From: Myxococcales bacterium | Lineage (GTDB): Bacteria > Myxococcota_A > Polyangia > Palsa-1104 > JAEUJZ01 | Direction: 5' to 3' | Assembly (NCBI GenBank): GCA_016794365.1 | Contig: JAEUKB010000025.1 | Coordinates: 52,693-116,692, forward strand | Length of the DNA stretch: 64,000 bases | Part shown: positions 9,764 through 18,358 of the stretch, one piece after another | How positions within the stretch are numbered: the stretch's first letter is position 1 | How the letters are laid out: the number at the start of each line of letters is the position of its first letter | The notes under the pieces: model-generated | Seen by the model: the letters and a program-made list of their open reading frames with translations, nothing else | Told to the model about the DNA's origin: nothing | The model's database searches: none | Made by a program: the position numbers and the translations under genes

Positions 9764-11168
9764 GCTCTTCCTCTGGCAAAACGGGCAGTGCGATGTCGGC
9801 GCAGGTTCCACCTTCGGCCCGAGGCGCAATCGCCAGCGTGCCGCGATGACTTTTGACAATCTCGTGTGCAATCGCCAGCCCGAGCCCTGTGCCTTGACCC
9901 GCTGGCTTGGTGGTGAAAAACGGCTCCATGGCGCGCGCGGCGGCCTCCGGGGAGATGCCCGCCCCGCTGTCGATGACCTGAAAGATCACCTTTCCCTCTG
10001 CGATGCGTACGACCAGCTCGACGCAGGATGGACTTGTGGACTTCGCGGTGCAGGCATCGCAGGCATTGAGCAGCAGGTTCACCAGGGCATGCTCCAGCAG
10101 GCGCTGATCGCCACGCAGCAGCGCTGGCGTCGTCGGCTCATCAAGCAGCAGCGGCACCCCGGCTTCGGAAAAGCGATGCTCCACAAGCGACACCGCGCCA
10201 TGGACCACCGCATGCGGCGTCAGCACTTGGGCCGCGACGTTCTGGCCGCGCACAAGCCCGAGCAAGCCGCAGATGATCTGACTCATGCGCTCGGCCTGTT
10301 CCAAGATGACGCGGACGATGCGGAGGTTGCGATCATCGCCTGCGACCTTGGACTGAAGCTGCTCGGCCCGGGCGGTGATGATGCCAAGCGGGGTCGATAG
10401 CTCATGCGTGATGCCCATTGCCAGGGTTCCCATCGTGGCGGCTCGACTGGCGCGCTCTAGCTCGGTATCCCGTCGGCGTCGTGCATCCTCTACCAGCAGC
10501 GAGTGCTGGGCCCGCAGCTCGCGCTTCTGCCCCCACAGCGCAGCTCCACCGAGCAGCAGCATCGCTCCGGCAGCCACCAGCACTGCCAGCACCATCCGCC
10601 AGCTTGCGGCATTTTCCCGATCCCGGGCGCGATATACCGTCGCCACTGCCGCGACCCAGAAGATCTGCTGGCCAGGTGTCTTTTGAGAAGCCAGACCGAC
10701 CACCGCCGCGCGCCGTGGCAGCCGCAGCCGTCCCGCCTCCTCACGAGACATGCGCAGGGTTGTTTGGCCACCATGCACCGCTTGCAGCAGCGTCTCACTG
10801 GCGAAGGTCTGTCCATCGGGCGCATGAAACACCGTCTCACCGGGGGCCAGTACATAGATCGCGAGCGAGCCGGGCTGTTCAATCTGGGCCAGACCTTGCG
10901 CAAGCTGCGCGATCGGTAGCGTCTGGGGCCGCGCGACGGATTCCGGTCTTTGGGCAGACCACAGCGCGATGCGTGCAGACAGCTCACTGGCCAGGCTGCG
11001 AGCCAGCGTCTCTTGGGCGCGCGCATACTCGGACAGCGACTCTGCGTAGCGCCACTTGACATCCTGATACGTCAGCAGGGCCACCGTAGATATCGCAACG
11101 ATCATCAGCACGATCAGCACGCCGGTGCGATGCCAGGGCCTAGACGGGGACAGCGGGAACTTGGTCAC
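9753..11168 (-). CDS. sensor histidine kinase (2 TM, HisKA + HATPase_c)
   Basis: H-box ITHELSTPLG, N/G1/G2 boxes (LLLNACDA, DSGAGI, GTGLGLAI). The long ORF's N-terminal ~330 aa is low-complexity and overlaps the TolC gene on the other strand, so the start was moved to an in-frame GTG preceded by GGAGAG; start uncertain. Confidence 0.75.
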   Translation of the reverse strand: MTKFPLSPSRPWHRTGVLIVLMIVAISTVALLTYQDVKWRYAESLSEYARAQETLARSLASELSARIALWSAQRPESVARPQTLPIAQLAQGLAQIEQPGSLAIYVLAPGETVFHAPDGQTFASETLLQAVHGGQTTLRMSREEAGRLRLPRRAAVVGLASQKTPGQQIFWVAAVATVYRARDRENAASWRMVLAVLVAAGAMLLLGGAALWGQKRELRAQHSLLVEDARRRRDTELERASRAATMGTLAMGITHELSTPLGIITARAEQLQSKVAGDDRNLRIVRVILEQAERMSQIICGLLGLVRGQNVAAQVLTPHAVVHGAVSLVEHRFSEAGVPLLLDEPTTPALLRGDQRLLEHALVNLLLNACDACTAKSTSPSCVELVVRIAEGKVIFQVIDSGAGISPEAAARAMEPFFTTKPAGQGTGLGLAIAHEIVKSHRGTLAIAPRAEGGTCADIALPVLPEEEHAK

Positions 11169-11386
11169 GAGCGACTCTCCAGCGCGCCAGCTTTTGCGCG
11201 ATTCAAAGCAATGGACAGGCCAACAGCGTGGTCGTCTAGGGGACAGTAGATCGCAGCAGCTTGGGCAGCCGATTCGGGAAGTTTTGCCGATTTCGTTCGG
11301 CAATTTTTCCCGGTGCGCTGGCCGGTGCGGCGGCTGTTTGTGCGGTGTAGCGACGGTCTGAACGGGATGTACGCCCGCTGGATACC

Positions 11387-11402
11387 TGGCATGTCCTATG
11401 CA
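11387..11402 (+). promoter_or_regulatory. weak sigma-54 promoter candidate upstream of the efflux operon
   Basis: TGGCAT-gtcct-aTGCa with correct GG/GC spacing. It is very close to the annotated TolC start, which would imply a downstream start codon; uncertain. Confidence 0.25.
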
Positions 11403-11416
11403 CGACAGGGTCTTCT

Positions 11417-12931
11417 GTGGATGCCAACAGGATGAGACCTTCGCTTCCCTCTGTGGTCCTTGCGTGGGCTGCTTCGCTGCTGCTGGGTGAGCATGCTGCC
11501 GCACAGCGCGGACCCGATTCGGCTGCGTCTGTTTCTGTTCCAGCGCGCGCGCAGCAAGCGGCTGCGGCCACTCCTGCGGATGGAAAGACACAAGCTGCTG
11601 CAACGACGCCGGATGGACGGTCGCGAGCGATCCCGGTGCTGTCTCTGTCCGAGGCGCTGACCTATGCCGCCCGACATCAGCCATCGCTTCAAGCGGCGCG
11701 AGCGCGGATCGAAGTGGCGCGGCGCAGTGTCTCGGTGGCGTATGCAGAGTGGCTGCCGCAGCTGGGAGCCACCGCGCAGCTGTTTGGCGGCACGATGAAC
11801 AACAGCACCGCGATGTTTTCTTCAGTGCGGACGATGGATCTGCCGCGCATCGGAGGAAGCAAGTCCCCGACCGAGGTGGATCTACAGGAAGCGTATCCAT
11901 CGACGCTGGTGGGCATCGGTCTGCGACAGACGGTGTTTGACTTTGGCCGGATTGCTGCGCAGGTCGCGCTGGCGGATCACGAGGTCCGCATTGCGTCTCA
12001 TCGCGTAGAGCTGGAGCAGCTAGAGCTGGGGCTCGCGGTGGAGAGTGCCTACTACGCAGTGCTCGCGGCCAAGGCGGTCGAGCGTGCGGCCCAAGAAGCC
12101 TACGCTCGCGCGGTGCTGCGGATGGAACTGGTGCAAGCGGGGGTGGCGCGGGGTCTGCGTCCGCCAATTGATCTGACGCGCGCAGAGGTGGATCGCACCC
12201 GCTTTGATGTGGGAAAGACCCGGGCGCGTGGAAACATCGAGCTGGCCCAAGCGCAGCTGGCCGCCGTGGTGGGATGGACGGAGCCGCTGCTTGATGCGCA
12301 GGACGTAGAGCCAGATGATGAACAGCCGCTGCCGCTGCTTGGGGAAGCGTTCCAGCGCGCGATCGATACCGAGCCGACGGTGCGCGTGGCCGTGGCGCGG
12401 CTTGTGCAGCAGCAGACCGTGACGCGCCAAGCGCTGATGCAGTGGATGCCCAGCTTGCAGCTTACCGCGAGTGTGAGTGGACGGGCGGGAGGAGCTCCCC
12501 TAAGCAGTGGGCCATCGGGCTTTTCTGGCTGGGTTCCTGAAGTGGCCAACTGGGATGTCGGGTTGGTGCTGTCGGTTCCGATCCTTGACGGAGTCCTGAT
12601 CGCGAAACGGAATCAGAGCCACGCGCAGGAGGAGGTGCTTCGGCACGAAGTCGATGCAGCGAAGCGACAGGTCTTGACCAACGTAACCCGCGCGTTTACC
12701 GGCTTTCAGCTTGCACGGGAATCGCTGCGGGCCTTGCGAAGTGCTGCGAGTGCGGCGCGCCAAAACTACGATCAAGCGAGCGCACGGTTTCGCTCTGGTC
12801 TGGCCTCTAGCATCGAGCTGGCGGATGCCGAAGCACTGCGGACAGAGGCCGACATTCAGCTTGCGATTGGACGCTTTGAGATTGCACGCAGCCGGGCTCT
12901 GTTTCAGCGAGCGCTCGCTGCCGGTCTGTAA
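11417..12931 (+). CDS. TolC-family outer membrane efflux protein
   Basis: Signal peptide, two OEP repeats (SLSEALTYAARHQPSLQAA... / LTRAEVDRTRFD...); first gene of an OMP-MFP-RND operon. Confidence 0.85.
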   Translation: MDANRMRPSLPSVVLAWAASLLLGEHAAAQRGPDSAASVSVPARAQQAAAATPADGKTQAAATTPDGRSRAIPVLSLSEALTYAARHQPSLQAARARIEVARRSVSVAYAEWLPQLGATAQLFGGTMNNSTAMFSSVRTMDLPRIGGSKSPTEVDLQEAYPSTLVGIGLRQTVFDFGRIAAQVALADHEVRIASHRVELEQLELGLAVESAYYAVLAAKAVERAAQEAYARAVLRMELVQAGVARGLRPPIDLTRAEVDRTRFDVGKTRARGNIELAQAQLAAVVGWTEPLLDAQDVEPDDEQPLPLLGEAFQRAIDTEPTVRVAVARLVQQQTVTRQALMQWMPSLQLTASVSGRAGGAPLSSGPSGFSGWVPEVANWDVGLVLSVPILDGVLIAKRNQSHAQEEVLRHEVDAAKRQVLTNVTRAFTGFQLARESLRALRSAASAARQNYDQASARFRSGLASSIELADAEALRTEADIQLAIGRFEIARSRALFQRALAAGL

Positions 12932-13006
12932 GTCGCGGCGCTGCCTTGTCCGATTCCTGGCCGAGTCCTTTGGGGTTCTGGCCGAGTCCTTTCCATCGAG
13001 GTTGTC

Positions 13007-14146
13007 ATGTCTACACCCAGTCTGTCTGCTCCTTCCTCGCGACTGCGCGTGCCGCTGTTTTTGGGCCTTGTGGTCTGTCTGCTGATTGGTCTGCTTGCGC
13101 TGCTACAGGCGCGCGCGCGATCGAACACCAACCAAGTAGCGCTCGATTCCACTCCCAAAGGAGTCACAGTGACCAAGGCTGTTCGCGCTACGTATCGACC
13201 ATCGCGTCGCTATGTCGGAACGGTTGCGCCGTGGCTGGAAGCGCGGATCGGACCGCAGATGACTTCTGCCTATGTGGACACTGTGCTGTTGCGACCCGGA
13301 GTGTACGTAAAGCGCGGTCAGGTGCTGGCTACGCTCGACTGTCGCAACGCATCCGAGCAGAGCAAAGCCTTGGCGATGCAAGCACGCGCGCTGCACGCCA
13401 CCCAAGAAGCGCTGGCCAAGGAAACGGGGCGCGTCTCGGGTCTACTGGAAGGTGGCTATGTGTCTCCCAATGAAGTGGATCGGCGCGTCGCGGACAGTGC
13501 CAGCAAACAGGCCGAGCTGCTGGCGGCCAATGCTCGTCTGGCGCGCGCATCACTGGAAGTCGATGACTGTGTGCTGCGGGCTCCGTTTGATGGGGAAGTG
13601 GCGGAGCGATTCCTCGATCCCGGCGCGTTTGCGCGGCCCGGAGCGCCGATTCTGTCTGTGGTCGATCGCGAGCAAGTTCGCATCCTGATCGATGTTCCAG
13701 AGACAGACTTTGCGGTGGTGGAAGTGGGCGCAGAGGCCAAGGTTCGCTTTCTGGCACTGGGGACGGAGCTGGTTGGCAAGATTGCCCGGCGCGCACCCAC
13801 TGCCGACAGCGTCACCCGCACCATTCATGCCGAGATCGACCTGCTGGATGCGCAGCGCAAGATTCCGGTCGGAACGACTGCGGAGCTTACGCTGCACGTT
13901 GGACAGCCAGTGCCTGCGAGTGAGCTGCCGATACGTGCCGCTGCCGTGCGTGGAGAGCAAGCCACCCTGTTTGTCGTGTCTGATGACATCGCGCGCAAGC
14001 GCAAAGTTCCGGTCTTGGGGGAAGTCACCGGGAGTCTGTTTCTGCCGCTTGATGCACTTCCGCCCGAGACGCTGGTGGTTGTGGAAGGTCGCGCGCTGCT
14101 CAGTGATGGGGATCGCGTACTTACCAAGCAGGAGTCACGGCCATGA
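13007..14146 (+). CDS. efflux RND transporter periplasmic adaptor subunit (HlyD/MFP family)
   Basis: N-terminal TM anchor, biotinyl-lipoyl-like hairpin motifs (RGQVLATLD, coiled coil), beta-barrel domain; 4-nt overlap with the RND permease. Confidence 0.85.
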   Translation: MSTPSLSAPSSRLRVPLFLGLVVCLLIGLLALLQARARSNTNQVALDSTPKGVTVTKAVRATYRPSRRYVGTVAPWLEARIGPQMTSAYVDTVLLRPGVYVKRGQVLATLDCRNASEQSKALAMQARALHATQEALAKETGRVSGLLEGGYVSPNEVDRRVADSASKQAELLAANARLARASLEVDDCVLRAPFDGEVAERFLDPGAFARPGAPILSVVDREQVRILIDVPETDFAVVEVGAEAKVRFLALGTELVGKIARRAPTADSVTRTIHAEIDLLDAQRKIPVGTTAELTLHVGQPVPASELPIRAAAVRGEQATLFVVSDDIARKRKVPVLGEVTGSLFLPLDALPPETLVVVEGRALLSDGDRVLTKQESRP

Positions 14147-17100
14147 CGCGGCTTTCGCTCAAGAACCCGATTGCGATCCTGATGCTGAGCCTGGCGCTGA
14201 TCGTGTTCGCTTCTGTGATCGTTCAGCGCCTGTCGATCGATACCTTTCCAGAGCTGACTCCGCCGGTTCTGGTGGTGGGAACGCTGGCACCGGGACTGGG
14301 TCCCAAGGACGTAGAAAAGACGATCACCTGGCGGATCGAAAAGTACGTGAGTGCGACCCCCGGAGTGGATCACGTCCAGAGCTTGTCTCGTAACGATCTG
14401 TCGGTGGTCTATGTCTGGCTCAAGTGGGGGACGGACCTAAACGCAGCGCAGACCTTGGTGCAGCAGCAGGTCGCGTTCGCGATGGCAGCGGTTCCCAAGT
14501 CGCTCGGGGTGCTGCCTCCGTTTGTGCTTCAGTACGATCCGTCGAACGCACCAGTGATTCAGATCGCAGTATCGGGAGACGGCTTTACCGGACCACAGAT
14601 CTACGACTATGCCCAGAACGTCATCGAGCCTGTGATTGAAGGGATCGCGGGTGTTGCCAGCGCGTCACCCAATGGCGGTCGGCAGCGGCAGATCAACGTG
14701 GTGGTCGATCCGGTGCGCGCTCAGGCTCGCGGGCTGACTTCAACCGATGTGGCAGCGGCTGTGGCCCAGACGACCGCGCTGCTTCCTTCGGGCAAGTTCA
14801 TCAACCCACGCTTCGACGCCAACGTCTACACCAACGCAGTCCCAGAGCACGTTCGTCAGATCGGCGAAGCGGTGGTGAAGCAGCGAGCGGGCAAGCCGGT
14901 TCTCCTGCGTGATGTGGCGCGCATCGAAGATGGCGGTGCGGTGGAGACCCAAGCGGTCGCGATCAACGGCAAAGAAGCGGTGTACCTGAACGTGCTGCGG
15001 GTGCCCGGAGGCAACACGCTGGCGATTGTCGATGCGGTCAAAGAAGCGGTGGCGGCGATGCAAAAGACCCTGCCGCCTGGCTTGACCGTGCGCGCGATTT
15101 TCGATCAGTCCACGTTTGTACGAACCAGCTACGAAGGACTGCGCAAAGAAGTGGTGCAGGCACTCGTGCTCATCGCGATCGTGATCCTGATCTTTTTGCA
15201 GAACCTGCGCGCGGTGCTGATCGCGGTGCTGTCGATTCCGATCGCGTTTGCGACGATTCTGCTGGTGCTCTACGCGACTGGACAGACGCTGAACGCGTTT
15301 ACGCTGGGAGGTCTGACGCTGGCGATGGGACCGCTGGTGGACATCTCGGTGGTGGTGCTGGAGTCGATCCATCGTCATCGTCACGGCAGTCGTAGCGAAG
15401 AACAAGCGGCGCTGCATGGCACAAATGCGGTGGCGCTGCCTGCGCTGGCTGCGACGCTGACCACGATTGCAGTGCTGATTCCGGTGCTGCTGCTGGCGGG
15501 CCTGGCCAAGAAGCTGTTTGCTCCGCTGGCGCTGACCGTGGCGACCGGGATGATTGCGGGCTATGTGGTGAGCATGGCGGTGACTCCGGTGGCGTGTCGC
15601 TATCTGCTCGGTCACGGAGAGCCCGGACCGCTGGCTCGCTTTGTCGAAGTGCGCATCCAGCGCCTGGCCGACTGGTATGTGCGACTGCTGCGTGCCACGT
15701 TGGCCTTTCGCGCGGTCCTGATTGGCGGGGCGGTGGTCCTGATTGCGGCGAGCGGTTACTTTGCGTCGCAGCTCCCCAGCACGTTCTTTCCCGAGATCGA
15801 CGAGGGCATGGAGCGCATCTATGTGCGGCTGGCTCCGGGTACGTCGCTGACCGAAGCCCGTCGTCAGATCCTTGCCATGGGCGAGCGACTACAGCGCGAG
15901 TTGCCCGCAGGCTCCGTCAGCTTGGTGCTGGCCAACATTGGATCGCCGCAGAACGCGCGCTCGGCCATGAACAGCCCCAACGCCGGTCCGCACATGGGCT
16001 TTCTTCGCCTGGAACTGAGCGACGCCGCGCATCGCAAGCACTCGCAGCGAGAGATCGCCGATCAGGCCCGGGCGATCCTGACCCGTCACTATCCTGGGGT
16101 CAGCTTCCTTCAGTGGCCCGGCGGCCTGGTCGCCAGCGTCTTTGCCAACGGCTACCTGGCCCCGCTGGTGGTCGAGCTGCGTGGTAGCTCACTCGACGAG
16201 CTGTACGAGCAGTCGCAGGCCATCGCCGAGGTCGCTCGCTCTGTCCCTGGCGTTCGCGACATCACCCCGCAGCTTCAGATCGACTACCCCGAGGTCCGCA
16301 TCGAGCTAGACCGCGCCCAGGCGGGTATGGTCGGTGTGCCGCTGCGCAGTGCGGCCCAGACCACCTTGGAGGCCACGATTGGCAACATCAACTCGCCCGG
16401 CATCTGGGTCGATGGCTCAAATGGCCAGTCCTACTACGTCGTCACCACGTATGACCGCGAGTCCATCCGCGATCCCAGCCTGCTTTCGCAGGTTCCGGCC
16501 CGCTTGTCTGAGCGTGGCATCGCGGTGGCGCTGGGGACGTACGGCAAGGTGCGCCGCTCGCTGGGGCCGATCGCCATCGAGAGAAACCAGCTTGAGCGCA
16601 CCGCCACGGTCTTTATGCAGACCGAAGGCCGGGACATCGGCAGTGCCGCAGCCGAGCTGGAAGCCAAGCTCAAGTCATCATCCAAGACCGCCGGGCTTCA
16701 CTTCCGCTTTGTGGGCCAAGTCGAGCTGATGCGCACCACCTTTGGCGGCATCGGCATCGCCATCGGCTTGGCCGTGATGGTGGTCTTTATGATCATGGCG
16801 TCGCAGTTTCAGTCCTTGCGGCTGCCGCTCATCATGCTGCTGTCGATCCCGGGGGCGCTGGTCGGCATCGTGCTGGCGCTGCTGGCGGCGGGGCAGGGTT
16901 TTTCGATCACGGCGCTGATGGGCGTGCTGATGGTCGTCGGCATTGCTGTGTCAAACGGCATCCTGCTGGTCGATGCAGCCAGTCAGCGTGTCCAGGGGGG
17001 CGAGTCCTTGCTGGAAGCCGCCTTGTCCGCTGCGCGGGTGCGCTTTACGCCAATCGCGATGACCAGCTTGGCCACCATCATTGGCCTTCTGCCGACCGCG

Positions 17101-17244
17101 CTGGGACTTGAACATGGTGCCGAGTCGAACCGACCGCTCGCCCTGGCCGTGGTGGGAGGGCTTTCGACCGCAACGCTGCTCTCGCTGTTTCTGGTTCCCG
17201 CCCTGTTCACCCTCATCGGCAAGCCCGAGCAGCCTGCGCCGTAA
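14143..17244 (+). CDS. efflux RND transporter permease subunit (AcrB/CzcA superfamily)
   Basis: 1033 aa, 12 TM topology with two large periplasmic loops; characteristic N-terminal MTRLSLKNPIAILMLSL... and TM4 GPLVD...VVLES motif. Confidence 0.9.
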   Translation: MTRLSLKNPIAILMLSLALIVFASVIVQRLSIDTFPELTPPVLVVGTLAPGLGPKDVEKTITWRIEKYVSATPGVDHVQSLSRNDLSVVYVWLKWGTDLNAAQTLVQQQVAFAMAAVPKSLGVLPPFVLQYDPSNAPVIQIAVSGDGFTGPQIYDYAQNVIEPVIEGIAGVASASPNGGRQRQINVVVDPVRAQARGLTSTDVAAAVAQTTALLPSGKFINPRFDANVYTNAVPEHVRQIGEAVVKQRAGKPVLLRDVARIEDGGAVETQAVAINGKEAVYLNVLRVPGGNTLAIVDAVKEAVAAMQKTLPPGLTVRAIFDQSTFVRTSYEGLRKEVVQALVLIAIVILIFLQNLRAVLIAVLSIPIAFATILLVLYATGQTLNAFTLGGLTLAMGPLVDISVVVLESIHRHRHGSRSEEQAALHGTNAVALPALAATLTTIAVLIPVLLLAGLAKKLFAPLALTVATGMIAGYVVSMAVTPVACRYLLGHGEPGPLARFVEVRIQRLADWYVRLLRATLAFRAVLIGGAVVLIAASGYFASQLPSTFFPEIDEGMERIYVRLAPGTSLTEARRQILAMGERLQRELPAGSVSLVLANIGSPQNARSAMNSPNAGPHMGFLRLELSDAAHRKHSQREIADQARAILTRHYPGVSFLQWPGGLVASVFANGYLAPLVVELRGSSLDELYEQSQAIAEVARSVPGVRDITPQLQIDYPEVRIELDRAQAGMVGVPLRSAAQTTLEATIGNINSPGIWVDGSNGQSYYVVTTYDRESIRDPSLLSQVPARLSERGIAVALGTYGKVRRSLGPIAIERNQLERTATVFMQTEGRDIGSAAAELEAKLKSSSKTAGLHFRFVGQVELMRTTFGGIGIAIGLAVMVVFMIMASQFQSLRLPLIMLLSIPGALVGIVLALLAAGQGFSITALMGVLMVVGIAVSNGILLVDAASQRVQGGESLLEAALSAARVRFTPIAMTSLATIIGLLPTALGLEHGAESNRPLALAVVGGLSTATLLSLFLVPALFTLIGKPEQPAP

Positions 17245-17245
17245 A

Positions 17246-17494
17246 GGGTGAAGACCCCGCGTGAAGTGGGCGATGAGGGAATGAAGAAGGGTCGCGACCC
17301 CGTACAAAGTGGGCGATGAGGAAGTCAGGAAGGGTTGCGACCCCGTACAAAGTGGGCGATGAGGAAGTCAGGAAGGGTGAAGACCCTGTGCCAGGGGGTC
17401 GATGAGGAAGTCAGGAAGGGTGAAGACCCTGTGCCAAGGGGTCGATGAGGAAGTTAGGAAGGGTGAAGACCCTGCGTGAAGTGGTCTTGAGCGT
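17246..17494. repeat. 43-bp tandem repeat array (~5.8 units) related to the 5761-5957 array; units contain GGGTCGCGACCC (perfect 12-bp palindrome) or GGGTGAAGACCC
   Basis: Units agggtSRmgaccccgYRYRRRGTGGGCGATGAGGAAGTCAGGA repeated head-to-tail; between convergent genes (RND permease + / ppsR -). Confidence 0.85.
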
Positions 17495-17510
17495 ACGTCT
17501 TACGGGGCGC

Positions 17511-18353
17511 TCAGTGCATGGGCGTGCCGGTGCGCTGGTGGTAGCTGCGCAGGACATCGGCGGCGGTCTCTTCGATGGCTTTGCCGGTGACATCAACGAC
17601 CGTCCAGTCGGGATGGCTGCGGAGCAGGTCGCGGGCGAAGTAGATCTCGCGCAGGATGTAGTCGCGCTGGCCGTAGCTGGTGTCGGTGGTCATGTGGATG
17701 CGCAGCAGGCGCTCGCGGCGGATTTGCAGCAGCGCATCGGGCTGGATTTGCAGGGCATAGACGCGCTCGGGTGGCACTTGGTCTAGCTCTGGCGGCAGCG
17801 GCAGGTCGAGCACCAGCGGGACGTTGGCGACGCGGTAGCCTTTCTGCGCCAGGTAGATCGACAGCGGGGTCTTCGAGGTCCGGCTGATGCCGAGCAGCAC
17901 CAAGTCGGCCTTGATCAGGTTTTCGGGACAGCGGCCATCGTCACTTTGAACGGTGAACTCGATGGCTTCCATGCGCCGGTAGTAACTGTCGGACACGGTG
18001 TGCAGAAGTCCCGGAACCTCGCGTGGCTCGACCGACAAAAAGCGCGCCATGGTGCCAAGCAGTGAGCCAATCAGATCGACATACGGGACGCCGCGCTGCT
18101 CGCACTTGGTCTGAAGGACTTTGCGTTCCTCGCCTCGCACCAGGGTGGACACCACCAGGCCCTGGGCGCGCTGGGCATTGCCGACGACTACATCCATGTC
18201 GAGCTCGTGCCGAAGGTGAGGCACGATGCGCAGGTCGGTGGCGTCTTCGCGCAGATCGAACTGGCGCAGGGCGGCCCGGACCATCTTTTCGGCAGTCTCG
18301 CCGGTCGAGTCAGAGACGATGAAGATCGTACGCAGGAGCCCGCAGTCAGCCAT
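17511..18353 (-). CDS. ppsR: pyruvate, water dikinase (PEP synthase) regulatory protein, kinase/pyrophosphorylase (DUF299)
   Basis: IFIVSDSTGETAEK P-loop-like motif and overall PSRP architecture. Start set at internal ATG (M32), since the upstream part of the ORF is Arg/Pro-rich junk. Confidence 0.85.
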   Translation of the reverse strand: MADCGLLRTIFIVSDSTGETAEKMVRAALRQFDLREDATDLRIVPHLRHELDMDVVVGNAQRAQGLVVSTLVRGEERKVLQTKCEQRGVPYVDLIGSLLGTMARFLSVEPREVPGLLHTVSDSYYRRMEAIEFTVQSDDGRCPENLIKADLVLLGISRTSKTPLSIYLAQKGYRVANVPLVLDLPLPPELDQVPPERVYALQIQPDALLQIRRERLLRIHMTTDTSYGQRDYILREIYFARDLLRSHPDWTVVDVTGKAIEETAADVLRSYHQRTGTPMH

Positions 18354-18358
18354 GCGGG

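Noticed and set aside
9753-12167. Full-length 804-aa version of the histidine kinase ORF
   Set aside because: The N-terminal ~330 aa are Pro/Arg/Ala-rich low complexity and overlap the TolC-like gene and its promoter on the opposite strand; the kinase begins at the TM helices, so the start was moved to 11168.
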